Source of the DNA: Somniosus microcephalus
Taxonomy: Eukaryota
Length of the DNA stretch: 64,000 bases
Assembly (NCBI GenBank): GCA_052327205.1
Contig: CM126208.1
Coordinates: forward strand, 109,492,001 to 109,556,000
Direction: 5' to 3'
Shown piece by piece: positions 12,654 to 24,536 of this stretch. A program made the position numbers and the translations under genes. The notes under the pieces are model-generated. The model made no database searches and was not told the DNA's origin. It saw only the letters and a list, made by a program, of their open reading frames with translations. Within the stretch, counting starts at the first letter, position 1; every line of letters starts with the position of its first letter.

Positions 12654-13792
12654 ATTAGAACATTGGGGTATAACTTTGTCTTGTGATCGCGCAAAACGGG
12701 CAATAGGAAATCGCAGCCCATTTTGCACACTGGCCGATTTTCTTTTCCATTGACTTCAGTGCAAATGAAAATCGGATGGAGTGCGAAATGGTCTCCTGAT
12801 TCACTACCGCCCATTATACACTACCGTCCATTATACACTACCGTCCATTATACACTACCACCCATTATACACTACCGTCCATTATAAACTACCGTCCATT
12901 ATACACTACCACCCATTATACACTACCGTCCATTATACACTACCACCTATTATACACTACCACCCATTATACACTACCATCCATTATACACTACCGTCCA
13001 TTATACACTACCACCCATTATACACTACCACCCATTATAAACTACCGTCCATTATACACTACCGTCCATTATACACTACCATCCATTATACACTACCGTC
13101 CATTATACACTACCACCCATTATACACTACCGTCCATTATACGCTACCACCCATTATACGCTACCACCCATTATACACTACCGCCCATTATACACTACCG
13201 TCCATTATACACTACCACCCATTATACACTACCGTCCATTATACACTACCACCCATTATACACTACCACCCATTATACACTACCACCCATTATACACTAC
13301 CGTCCATTATAAACTACCGTCCATTATACACTACCACCCATTATACACTACCACCCATTATAAACTACCGTCCATTATACACTACCACCCATATACACTA
13401 CCGCCCATTATAAACTACCGTCCATTATACACTACCACCCATTATACACTACCACCCATTATAAACTACCGTCCATTATAAACTACCGTCCATTATACAC
13501 TACCATCCATTATACACTACCATCCATTATACACTACCGTCCATTATACACTACCGTCCATTATACACTACCATCCATTATACACTACTACCCATTATAC
13601 ACTACCGCCCATTATACACTACCGTCCAGTATACACTATCGCCCATTATACACTACCGCCCATTATACACTACCGCCCATTATACACTACCGTCCATTAT
13701 ACACTACCGTCCATTATACACTACCGCCCATTATACACTACCGCCCATTACACACTACCACCCAACGTGAATTTATACCTCAATGTTCTAAT
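12654..13792. mobile_element. Palindromic MITE-like element hosting a minisatellite
   Basis: Inverted ends ATTAGAACATTGGGGTATAACTT (12654-12676) / AATTTATACCTCAATGTTCTAAT (13770-13792); internal dyad around CATTGACTTCAGTG. Confidence 0.65.
12801..13764 (+). repeat. 17-bp minisatellite, about 56 copies (CCATTATACACTACCGT with ACC/GCC/ATC variants)
   Basis: Direct inspection of tandem array. Confidence 0.97.
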
Positions 13793-16411
13793 TTATACCC
13801 CGTTGTCTCTTCACCACTGGAACCTGGCTTTGTATCAAGCTGAAACTGATGTGATGAAAATCTCTGGTTTCTAATATCTAAATAAAATATAATTAAAAAT
13901 TAAACACAATTAGAATCTCAGCTCCAAAAAAAAGAAACAATCCTCGCCCTGAGTTTTTGTGACATGTGATGGTACAAGGATTCGTACTCCAGCACACTGT
14001 GTGGCAGAATTTTAGGAGATGTTGCGATTACAATTCCACACTTGGCAAATCCTTGCAGGAAGTCAAGCACATTTCATATTTGAGCTCCGCACACACACCT
14101 TTGAAAAGCTGCCATTAGCAGAAGCCTGTGAGCAGTTTGTCTATTTACCCTTTCAGTCAGGAAACGGTTCATGTTATAGGACAGGGGTAAAAAAAAAAGT
14201 GGCCAAAAATAAAATGTTTTAAAAAAAGCAGGCTGTTTATTATTACTTGGTCAGAGATGCATTGTTAAAGAAGCTTTCCAAAACACAGATTAACTGTGTG
14301 TTGATTAGAAATGATCACAATCCCAGCATGTATATTTTCTCCTGATATTTAGGAAGGAGATAGAATGTGATAAGTGACCACAAAAAATTAGGGGAACAGC
14401 TTTAGGGATACGATCACAAGATAGTGTCTTCAGTAACTCCTGCTTCACTTCCATTGTATTGACAACACACAGAATGCATGCACACATACAGCATGTAATC
14501 CCTGATGGACATTATATCAAGACACCACCAGTAGGTTGTGAAAGATTGTATTCCTTCAATACATCAGTCATTTTGTGCTGAAAAGCTTTGAAAGAGAGTT
14601 TGAACCTAAGAAAGAATGAACTGTTAACTGTTTCTGACACTACACTTGTTAACATAACCAGTATTGCATTCTGTTCCAGCATCACTTCAAAAACAGATTT
14701 TCTATTATATTTCTTTTACACGGCAAAATATTGTGTTAAAATGTTTCCAGGAAGCTCAATACATCACTGACATACTGTATTTACTGGATACATGTTGTTA
14801 TATTTAATGGATCCATTCCACATGCTTGAAGTGCTAAGCTATTAAAGTAATCAACAATTTACTACTAAAGAAGTAACCATGCAAAACCTATTAATATTGG
14901 TAAAGCTGTTTTCCCTACTAGTGGCATAAGGCCATAGTCAAACAGCATCTGGGCTTTCAGGAACTTGATTTGTTCGACTTCAAATTCAGAAAAATTATCT
15001 TTAAAGTGACAATATTTCCAAATGGTCAAATAAAAGGCTGAACTTAGCTGATATCTTAAACACCATCTTAGTGATATCATGTACATGTCAGCTCAGGGTC
15101 TTAGTCAGAGCTCAGTATGAATAACTGATATCTGGAATTACTACTGTAACAGAATAAACAGTCTATTCCCAAGTGTTTTTATTGTAGCTTGATCGATTAT
15201 TGCACAATGAGTTTGAGAACACCTGCCAAGTAAAGGATAGGGAGTTCATTCAGCTCTCTTGCAATCACAGGGATAACACTTTAGACCTATTTTTGGTTTC
15301 TTTATAACTAGCTGGAGGTGATTTGAGAAGAAACTGGTTGATTATAATAACTTTGTAACAGCAGAAAGGAAGATTCCATTCTGAATGGTAGAATTCTGTG
15401 TGATAACTGCTTGCCAACACTACTAAAGGAATCTTGTTTATGAAACTCAAACAAAACAGTCTCCCAATATTTTTTGAGAAACCATGATAACGGCCTAATG
15501 CACAGAACACCACTAATAGTGAAAAGGCAAGGAGAGAAGGCAAGTTAAGTCAAGAAGTAGTGATTACATAAATGATGTACATGTAATATATATAGTCTTC
15601 CCATTTGAGTGGTGAAAACTCATGAACTTATTCAAATAATTACTGAATAATAGCTAATAATGAAAGTCAACTGTATTTCTGAATATATGATTAAATGCTA
15701 ATTGCAGAACTAATCTTCACTTAGTAATTGTGAAATTGCTAACAAATCAAATCTGGCATTCATGGTGCCATGTTCAGTAGGTCCCTATCTTACTATTCGG
15801 TGCCGTTTAGTTTCAGAAAGGTCGGTGGGGTGGTTAAAATCTGTTACATCAACTCGCAATTTGATTTACTGCTGACAAGAGCGCCACCAAACAAAACTTT
15901 GACTTGGTCAAAATTGTAATGATGTCCAGACCCTGACGGGTAACTTTAGATCATAATCATTGTGAAGTTAATTAATCTGTCAGCTTCTCAGAGCGTCAGT
16001 TCGTTAATCGGAGTGTACTAATACTGAATAGAAAGTCGAGGCAGTTTTCATTATACAGGGTTACTCGCTGCTGGTCCTTTAATACAGTCTATATATGGGA
16101 TCTCTTTTCAAATACAAATGGAATTATTCATCACTGGTGCTGAATGCTGCAAATTATAGACTGGGAATTCCTTCTGCTTGAAATACAGAACTCCAGCACA
16201 ATTTAAAATTAAAGCATTAATAATTGATATCATAGAGCTTAAAATATAAATTAATCTGTTGTAGTGCAGCAAATGACATTTACATTTTTATTTGTTTCTA
16301 CTTGCAAACTCTTAAAATATATTTGTTAGACATTATATTAGGATTGGATTTTGTGGTTATGTCTGCAAGAGGCTAAGCCAGTTGCGCCTGTATCTCAGAT
16401 TCCGCCCTTAC

Positions 16412-16561
16412 CTGTCTCTGATTCTCTGTTTCCAGCCGAAGTCTGGCTTCTATACATCTCCTGGTTTCCAGGAACGCCTGGCGCTGAGCTCGGTCTGCCA
16501 GGTAACTGATAAATATCCCGGCCGTGTTCATACACATGAACAACACCGACTGGGCTATCAC
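16412..16561 (-). CDS. ADCY8: ADCY8 coding exon 2
   Basis: [50 protein letters not shown]; acceptor TTTCAG, donor GTAAGG; 150 bp. Confidence 0.97.
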
Positions 16562-16744
16562 CTGAAACGGCAAAAACCAAAGAACTTCATTCTTCCCCTA
16601 GAAATATTTCAATTTTCTTCGGCGCCGTCTCGCTTCCTCAAAATAACAGCAAAGCACAAGATTACAAGGCTGGTCAATAATATTGCTCTGTTTTACTTAT
16701 AGTGAGGTGAATATTGATTCCCATTACTATTACTGGCACTGAAA

Positions 16745-16841
16745 TAAAGGACGACATGCCGAAAATACACAGCAAGTCAGGCAGCATCTGTAAAGAGAAA
16801 AGACAGATTAATGTCTCGAATATAAGACTCTTCCTCAGAAG
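16745..16841 (-). mobile_element. Short Penelope-derived repeat with degenerate hammerhead-like motif
   Basis: GTCAGGCAGCATCTGT..GAGA motif; minus strand CTGAGGAAGAGTC...CGAGAC. Confidence 0.5.
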
Positions 16842-18555
16842 TATCACTGGTACTGATGGGATACACTTAATGTATTAACATATCTTAATAGATAATGCCT
16901 CCACTAATTTATCGTATACTACAGATTCGCTTTAAAACGTTGCAATTATCCAAACATTGTTGTTAAATTGGAAAAAAATCTGATGTAGAAACGTATTTGA
17001 AAATGTATATTCAATGTCTTCAGCTCCCATTAAACGTGAGGGCGCACTGTGGCACAACGTCAAGTCTTTGATAGACTTAAGTGACTTCAAGGTACAAGCT
17101 GGTGAATATTTACAGGTTTACTGTGCTGTGGGTAGTTGGTAGCAATCCTATTCTGATCAGACCTGGCGAGGTATGTTTGCAAGCGGCTTCTCTCTGTAAC
17201 ACCCGACCCCTCACCTCGGGGAGTGTTACTGGGGAATAACACAAACACTCCGACAGAAGCTTGGGCTCCATTGCAGAGTGCATGTCTCGGAACTATTTAC
17301 TGACACGATTTAGGCGTATTGGCTAAATAAATATCCTGGCTGTACAGGAAGAAGTAACTGCCGATTATTATTGGGGGATAACGATTAAATTCAATCTCCA
17401 AAGGTTAATCCATCCTTTAAACATCTGGAGAAGATATTGCGCCTTGGATGGGTTATGGGAGATACATTTTTTCGTATTTTAAATACATTACAAAATATCT
17501 TTCTGATTAATTTATTTAATACTTATTTATTTATGCTTAATTTGTGAACGTGACATTGTTCGTCGAGTTGATGATGATAAACATCTATTTTTAGGGCTTT
17601 TAACGCGCTTGAAGGAAACGCGAAGACTTGAAATGCAACAGCCCTATCGGTAGAGGGAGTCTGACCTCGGCGGTCTGATCAACAGGCTGCGCCTGAAGAC
17701 TGGGCTTGAAGCACGGGCTGGTGAAAGGACACACGCAAGGGAAAGGGGCGAGAGAGGTGGGTGTTGGCTTTCGAGAGATCCTTATTCTATCCCCATAAAA
17801 GAAACTATGCAGCAAAATAGTGTTTTCCTTTTGCTTGGAAGAATGTTTGTCAGCAATTCAATGTAATGAAGATCCCATTTACTGGCCGAGCAACTTTGGC
17901 TGGGATATCTGAGCCCACCGTCCCGCGAACTTATCTCGAAGTGAGGCAGGCTGTGCTACCGCAGTGACATGCCCCCACTGCGCAAAATCAGTGCTTAAAT
18001 AAAATACTTTATGTGTATTGGTTATCGACATATATATGATGCAATGCCATCGCCAAAGGCATGCTCCCGATCGCTGATGGTCAGCAGGATTTGCAGGTAC
18101 ATCTTTAACCTATCAGACCGGGTGTAGTAGGAAATACCACACAGTGTCCCGGGGAGATAGAATCCGGACAACAAATCCAACCTACCTTAACATTCATCAG
18201 GCATAAATAAAACAGTCAGGTATCAGCGCCGGGTTAGACAGACAAAGGTGAGGACAAAGACTGATGACAATAAGTGTAGAAAGATGAGAGAATGGGGGAT
18301 CTGAACACAGATTCAGTTAATTTCATATCCAGATTACACAGCTGGATAAATACCTCACATACAAAGACAAAATAACATGCCTGGCGAAAGGTGCAGATTG
18401 ATGGGCTCGGCCGAGACTAAATAAACCATTTTTTGGCTACATGTATTCTACATATACATTGCAAATCGCTTTGCTTAGTTCCCCCCGTCAGAAATGTAAT
18501 GCCGTGTTGTGAGCGTATATCCACATACCGCTTGTATAACATGTACGTGCGCTAC

Positions 18556-19413
18556 CTGGTTTGTGGTTGGGATTGCACCTCGGGGGATGAGTAACTGTAC
18601 CACAACGTGGAGAGTGGAGGTCAGGAAGCCAGCCAAGATCGCCCAGGTCAAGGGCAGAGGAAGCATGCTGTAAGTGGCAAAAAGGGTAAAAAGCACGTAA
18701 CCGATGCCATCTCCCAACAGTCCGTAGCCGAGGCCAGTGGCCAGAACCTGAGTGGCCATAACCACCCAGGTCACCAGGCCGCTGTACTGCAGATAACTGT
18801 GCGAAGTCGTGTCCTTCTTCACCACCACTAAAGCACAGATAACCACCTCGATGCCGGTGAAAAATCCCAGTAGGATGCCTTTGGCTGGGTCCATGGGGGT
18901 GGCGGCCAAGGTTAGGTGAAGAATCAGGACGGTCAGTTTGGTCAGCACGTCCAAGATGTTCATCACTACCACCGACTTGCGCCTCTGACCCAAGAAGTAG
19001 CGCTGGTAGAGTCGCTCCAGATCCCTGGACTTGAAGGAGTTCCTCAGAGTTGGGAAGATCACTCCTCGGTAGGTGTAGCCCCAGTTGAGAAAGAAGTCGG
19101 AATTACTGGGGGCGCAGTCCAGGTGCAGGAAGCCCAGATCGTTGCTTGTGCGCTCAGGGAACACTTTGGTGCTCCCGTTGTTGTGTCCGCTTATGGACAT
19201 CTTGCCCGCAGATTGCTTCCTTCTGTTGGGACTCCATGAGTCTTCCGAAGAGGAGATGGTTTTGGCGCTGGTTTGTTCGTTTATGAACCTCTGTTCGGTG
19301 ATGTGCCGAACCGCATTTTGCCAAAGCAGTCTTTTAGGTCTCGTTCCTGGAGTCTTGTTAATGGTATAGAGTTCGTCGCTTGCGCTGGAGCATCTAACTT
19401 CAGATAATTCCAT
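18556..19413 (-). CDS. ADCY8: Adenylate cyclase 8, coding exon 1 (N-terminus and most of the first transmembrane cluster)
   Basis: Translation MELSEVRC...[16 protein letters not shown]...TKVFPER...[19 protein letters not shown]...[21 protein letters not shown]...[15 protein letters not shown]...TTNQ matches vertebrate AC8; ATG at 19413; donor CAG|GTAGCG at 18555; 858 bp, phase 0. Confidence 0.97.
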
Positions 19414-20028
19414 GATTTTGTATTTCCTTATTAGTAACACACTATAAAATTACCACGAGCGTCCTTTCATCTTCCATATTTAGCCAAGGATACTTTGCAA
19501 CACAGATCAGCGACTGCTCAAACCTCACAGGCCTGATTCCAATGACCATACTCACGATAGCTGCTTTCCCCTCAATTAATTATCGCATCTTTTAATCGGA
19601 AGCCCAAATATTTCTAACCTGGAGATCTTGCATCCCGTCTTTAATGAAAAGTCGAGTCTGGGGAACGAGCCTCATTTCCCGGTTCTCGACCCTGCTCGTC
19701 TGCGGATCACAAGAGTAACTGGATTCCCGTCAGAAAGAGCGCCGGACATCCCACTAAGTAAACAGGGTGGTAAAAGTGTTCCGAGCTAAGTGGTTTTCTG
19801 CTGGAGACAGGGCGCGGGGCTGAATGCGAGCCACAGAACCGCACCACAGCTCCACTGGGCGCCCGTGCTGAGAATAGCGAGCAAGCGGAGGCAGTGGAGC
19901 GGCCCCTGCTTGTCTCAGTCTCGCAGTCTTGCTGCTGGCATTAGAGTTGTTGATAGTGTCAGTGCCGGGTATGGAATGGATTAAAACGCGTACTGAGGCT
20001 GGCAGAGAAACGCTGAGGGTGGGGGTAC

Positions 20029-20036
20029 TGACGTCA
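20029..20036. promoter_or_regulatory. Canonical cAMP response element (CRE)
   Basis: Perfect palindrome TGACGTCA about 620 bp upstream of the ADCY8 ATG. Confidence 0.7.
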
Positions 20037-20049
20037 ACTGCTCTCAGCA

Positions 20050-21250
20050 AATATGCATGGGGGAGGGGGGGGGGAGAAAACAGGAGAGAGACTGACGAGC
20101 GAGAGGGAGTCAAAGGGACGCAAAAACAAAGATATCAACGGAAACAAATTGACAAGTAGGCAGACAGAAATGGGACAGAAACCGATTGAGACAAATACAG
20201 ATAGTAAAAGAGAGGTGGAAACAGTGACAGAGAGAGAGAGAGAGACGAATAAATAGAGACAGGGAGACACAGGTCTCGAAGAGAGGGACAGCGAAAGGGA
20301 CAGCTGGGGACAAAGTGGCCAAGACACTGGAAGTTAAAGTATGAGGGGGAGAAAGGTAAAAACTGAAAGCCATCGGAATGCAATACATGGCTCTGACTTT
20401 ACAAATGTGTGCAAGATAAATATCAGAGAGGCAAGAAAACAACATGAGAGAGCGAGACAAAGAAAGTGAAAAAAGAGAGAATGAGTGTTATGGACACAGT
20501 CTGCGACAAAGAGGACATCAGAGATAACAAAAGATCGCCAGAGGAAGCAATTCTAAATTACACTAGGGAGGTAAATGGGGAGGACGAGTGATGGAGAAAG
20601 GGTTAAAGAGAAGGAACGGGGACAGAGCTGAGACATGTAACAAGAAAAAATGAAAAGGAGCAGCGAGTGAGAAGGAGGACGGCAGAATGGAAACGCAAGA
20701 CAAAAGAGTGTGAACAAAAACGGAAGTGTGAGCTAGAAACAAGGGCAAGGATGACAAATGAAAGGCAGTGAAAATCGGATATGAGAGCCCCAGTGTGAGA
20801 GAGGGGAGGGGGCGTGAGAAAGGGACAGAGGCTTGTATTTAACTATATTCTGAATAGGTAGGGATGTGTGTACATATCGTGCATGTATTTATTGAAATGC
20901 ACAATGCCCACACGTGTATAAAATATATATATTGCAGATACTAAATAGGTAATTATATATAAACCGTGTGCGCTATATATTTACTTCTAAGCGTTCTATA
21001 TATGTGTGTATACATTGCACATGTATGCACTGTATTTGTATATTTCCTTGATATAGAAGCATTTTATGCACACCGCATACGTAATTGTACAGAAGGACAG
21101 TGTGTATGCATTGTCAATGGATTGTGAATACAGGTATATATATACTCCACATATATCTGTGATTACAATGTATATGTGCATTTGTACACCTCTGTATATA
21201 TAGGTACGAATGCAAAATATGTATTTACGCATCATGGATCTGCAATTTGT
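20050..21250. repeat. Low-complexity purine-rich (GA) tract followed by TA/TG-rich tract
   Basis: (GA)n at about 20229-20244 inside an A/G-rich stretch to about 20830, then TATATGTG-rich sequence. Confidence 0.6.
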
Positions 21251-21287
21251 TCACATACTTGCTTTTAGATTGCAATTCATGAACGTA

Positions 21288-21387
21288 ATAGAAACAGTAA
21301 AATGCTGGAAATACTCAGCAGGCCAGGCAGCATCTGTGGATAGAGAAATGGAGTTAATGTTTCAGGTCGATGACCTTTCCTCAGACC
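21288..21387 (-). mobile_element. Short Penelope-derived repeat with hammerhead-like motif
   Basis: GCTGGAAATACTCAGCAGGCCAGGCAGCATCTGTGG; minus strand CTGAGGA-A-AGGTC(ATC)GACCT-GAAAC. Confidence 0.6.
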
Positions 21388-22069
21388 TTTCATTAACGTA
21401 CTCGAATTCTCCGGTTTAATCAAGCGTCCTGCCAATGTCTATGAATTGCAACCCCCCTTTCTCAATGGAGTAAAATACTGGCGGCCTCATACAGGGGGGG
21501 GGGGGGAGTCCATTTGACGAGCTTACAGGATAATTCTAATTCTAATAATGAGAAACAAGGTTCAAGACGTCGCCTTTAACTATCATCTTCATAAAGTATT
21601 ACAACTGCGCGGGTTCATGAATAGAAGCGAAGCAGGCGTTTAAAATTGTGTTTCGCTCATGCATAAAAAACAAGAATGGACGAATCTATCAAAGATGGAT
21701 AGCAATAGTCACAAATATTTTCCCAAAAAAGTCCAATAATCTGATTCAGTGAAGGCGGCGCATCAATCGTTCCGGGTTCACTGGTTCTGCAACCGGCCAC
21801 TATACACCGACTGCAGCTCAGCAACAAAAGGGCCAGTAAAATCCCCGCAAATTCAGGTTACGACTTCCTCAGAAGGAGTCTCGGAGAAGGAAATTCAGCC
21901 CAAGGAATGATGATGGATAGATTTCATCAATGGCTGTCTTCGGAGATTCCATCGCTTCGCTCTTTAATTTCCAAGGATGAGGTGGTTTTCGTGACCAAAC
22001 TTTCCTCGATATATCTGGTCTCTTTGGTGGGTCGCAGTTTGTAGTTTTATACATTAATTGGCATAGAGC

Positions 22070-22376
22070 TCGTCTGTGTGGAGTTTGCACATTCTCCCCG
22101 TGTTTGCCTGGGTTTTCTCCGGGTGCTCCGGTTTCCTCCCACAGTCCAAAGATGTGCTTAGGTTGATTGGCCATGATAAAAAAATTGGCCCTTAGTGTTA
22201 GGGGGGATTAAATACGTGGGGTTACGGGGTTAGGGGATAGGGCTTGTGTGGGATGGCTGTCGGTGTAGGGACCGGGTGCTAGGGTTTGGATGATCAGCCA
22301 TGATCTTGTTGAGTGGCAGAGCAGGCTCGAAGGGCCGAATGGCCTACTCCTGCTCCTATCTTCTATGTTTCTATGT
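22070..22376 (+). mobile_element. HE1 / V-SINE, 5'-truncated
   Basis: V-domain TGTGGAGTTTGCACATTCTCCCCGTG...CCGGTTTCCTCCCACAGTCCAAAGA followed by the same 3' tail as local CR1 LINEs. Confidence 0.9.
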
Positions 22377-22689
22377 CACTTCACCACTCAATATCGATTA
22401 TTTCTTCTCAAGAGCTTCTCATTAGCTGACTCTCAGCTCTGCAACAAACTTAGTTATTCGCTTCTGAAGTATGAATGAACACTGAATTGGCTCTCTAACA
22501 AGGTAGATTAATGGCTTCATATATCCATGTGCAGTGAAGCATTCGGGCTTCGGACGAAGTCTTGACTCGGGATGCACTGTTCAATCCATGCTCCCATTCC
22601 TGTAGGTCAGTTCTATTGATTGAACCATTAGTGATCTTCTGTTTTGAGCATAATTGTGATTATGCATCAAGAGTTGTAATTCTGCAGTT

Positions 22690-23072
22690 AAAGAAAAAAA
22701 GAAAGTATTTCTTATGTAGTACTTTTCACACCTCAAGACTTCCCAAAGCAGTTTACAGCCAAAGTACTTTTGAAGTGTAGTCACTGTTGTAATGTAGGAA
22801 TCACAGCAGCCAATTTACTCACAATAAGGTCCCACAAACAGCAACGTGATAATGACCTGATAATCTGTTCAGTGATGTAGGTGGAGTGATAAATATTGGG
22901 CAGGACACTGGGAGAACTCCTTTAATCTTCTTCAAAATAGTGTCATAGGATCTTTTACGTCCACCTGAGAGAACAGATGGGGCCTCGGTTTAATGTCTCA
23001 TCTGAAAGACAGCACCCCCGACAGTCTAACACTTTCTCAGTACTGCACAGGAGTGTCTGCCTAGATTTTGTT
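22690..23072 (-). mobile_element. Deu-domain SINE (SacSINE1-like)
   Basis: Homologous to 4938-5356. Confidence 0.7.
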
Positions 23073-24536
23073 TCCTTATGTTGTTGAATCATGTTAGAAC
23101 TTAGATTTTCCATTAATCAACAATCACAAATGCTTCACTTTTCTTGCAGTGACTATACCACATCAAAATAGGAACCACTTGAAAATAACAAGTATAAAAT
23201 TAGAACTTTTACTGAGATATTTCAATACTTTGTGTAACTAAATGCTTTTGCTGTGAATATCTAGACTTGTCAGGTAAGAGATGTCAGTGTTGGGAATGGA
23301 ACATCTCCATTTATCACCTCAAGCTTTCACTAGTTAAGGATAGTGTGACTGGATGTAGAGCAGGTCTCTCTATTCTGTTGCTACAATGCTGTTTATTGTC
23401 AACTTCATTAGCACCCCACCCCTGCCCCAGGTTATTCTTTTTTGATTTTGCACTCTTGTGGCTTCGCTGGGTGAGATTGCAAAATTAATGTCAATCTGCA
23501 CCAAATTCGATGGACATCAGTGCTCTGGAGCATATCCATTAGGAACTAAATCAATCACCCTTGTTACCCATATGCTAGAACACTTCCTATCAGACAATCT
23601 GCATCATCCAGGCAATTGTATTATACCCATCATACTCTTATCTTACCAATTCCATTGATGTTTTCTGTCTCTATCACCCAGTTAGGCCATCTGTGACATT
23701 ACACCTTTGCTAGTTCCATACTGGATTCAGCCCACTTGCAGTAATGCCAAAGCCATTTTTGAGGCCTTGTGAACTTTATCAAATTAGAGAGTCTGGTTTC
23801 AGCAACACATTTCTCTTACACAGAAAAATGTATACATTTGTTGTCAAGGAGATATTTATACATTTTAACTACACGCTTTTGATAAAATCCTATCTATTTT
23901 AGTTACAAGATTACAGAGAGCATTAGCATGGTGGATAAGGGAGTATCTCTGGATTTTTTCTATATGGGCTTACAGAAAGCATTTGATAAGGTTCTGCACA
24001 AGAGATTAGCAAAAATGAGAGCACACCAAATTGGGGGTAACCTTGTGACATTAATTAGTAATTGGGAGTTATGAGACAAGTAGGAGACAAGGGTTCAGCC
24101 TGACTGTCCTGCTGTGACAAGTGGTATTCCATAGGGATCTGTGCTGGGGCCTCAGCTTCTCACCATATATATTAATGACTTGGATGAAGGAATAGGGAAT
24201 TGTATATCCAAGTTTGCAGATGATACTAAGTTAGGAGGCAGAGTAAGTTGTGTGTAGAGGGGAGCCAGAAGTTACAAAGGGACATGGGCAGACTAAGTGA
24301 GTGGGGAAAACTATGGGATATGAAGTTCAATGTGGGGAAGTTTGAGGTCATCCACTTTGGATCTGAGCAACTGGAATATTTTCTTAATGGTGAGACTAGG
24401 AGCTGTGGAGGAGCAAATGGATTCCATGTATATATATATATATCTATCATTAAAAGCTAGTGCATAGGTACAAAAATTAATTTAAAAGCTAATGGAATGT
24501 TGGCCTTTATAAGAGGGTTAGAATTCAAAAGTGAGG

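Larger units (their letters stand above)
17600..20110. promoter_or_regulatory. CpG-rich region covering ADCY8 promoter/5'UTR, exon 1 and start of intron 1
   Basis: Visibly higher CpG density than flanks, unique sequence without LINE fragments; boundaries approximate. Confidence 0.7.

Noticed and set aside
12781-13413. 210-aa His/Tyr/Thr/Pro-rich ORF; array superficially CRISPR-like
   Set aside because: Translation of a 17-bp minisatellite; no unique spacers, no cas genes, vertebrate intron
19414-19440. N-terminal extension MLLIRKYKI in the ORF track
   Set aside because: Starts at GTG; homology to AC8 begins at the ATG at 19413. The ORF's tail beyond 18556 is intron read-through
19754-20757. 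Cluster of short overlapping ORFs upstream of ADCY8
   Set aside because: By-products of GC-rich and GA-rich low-complexity sequence; no recognisable domains
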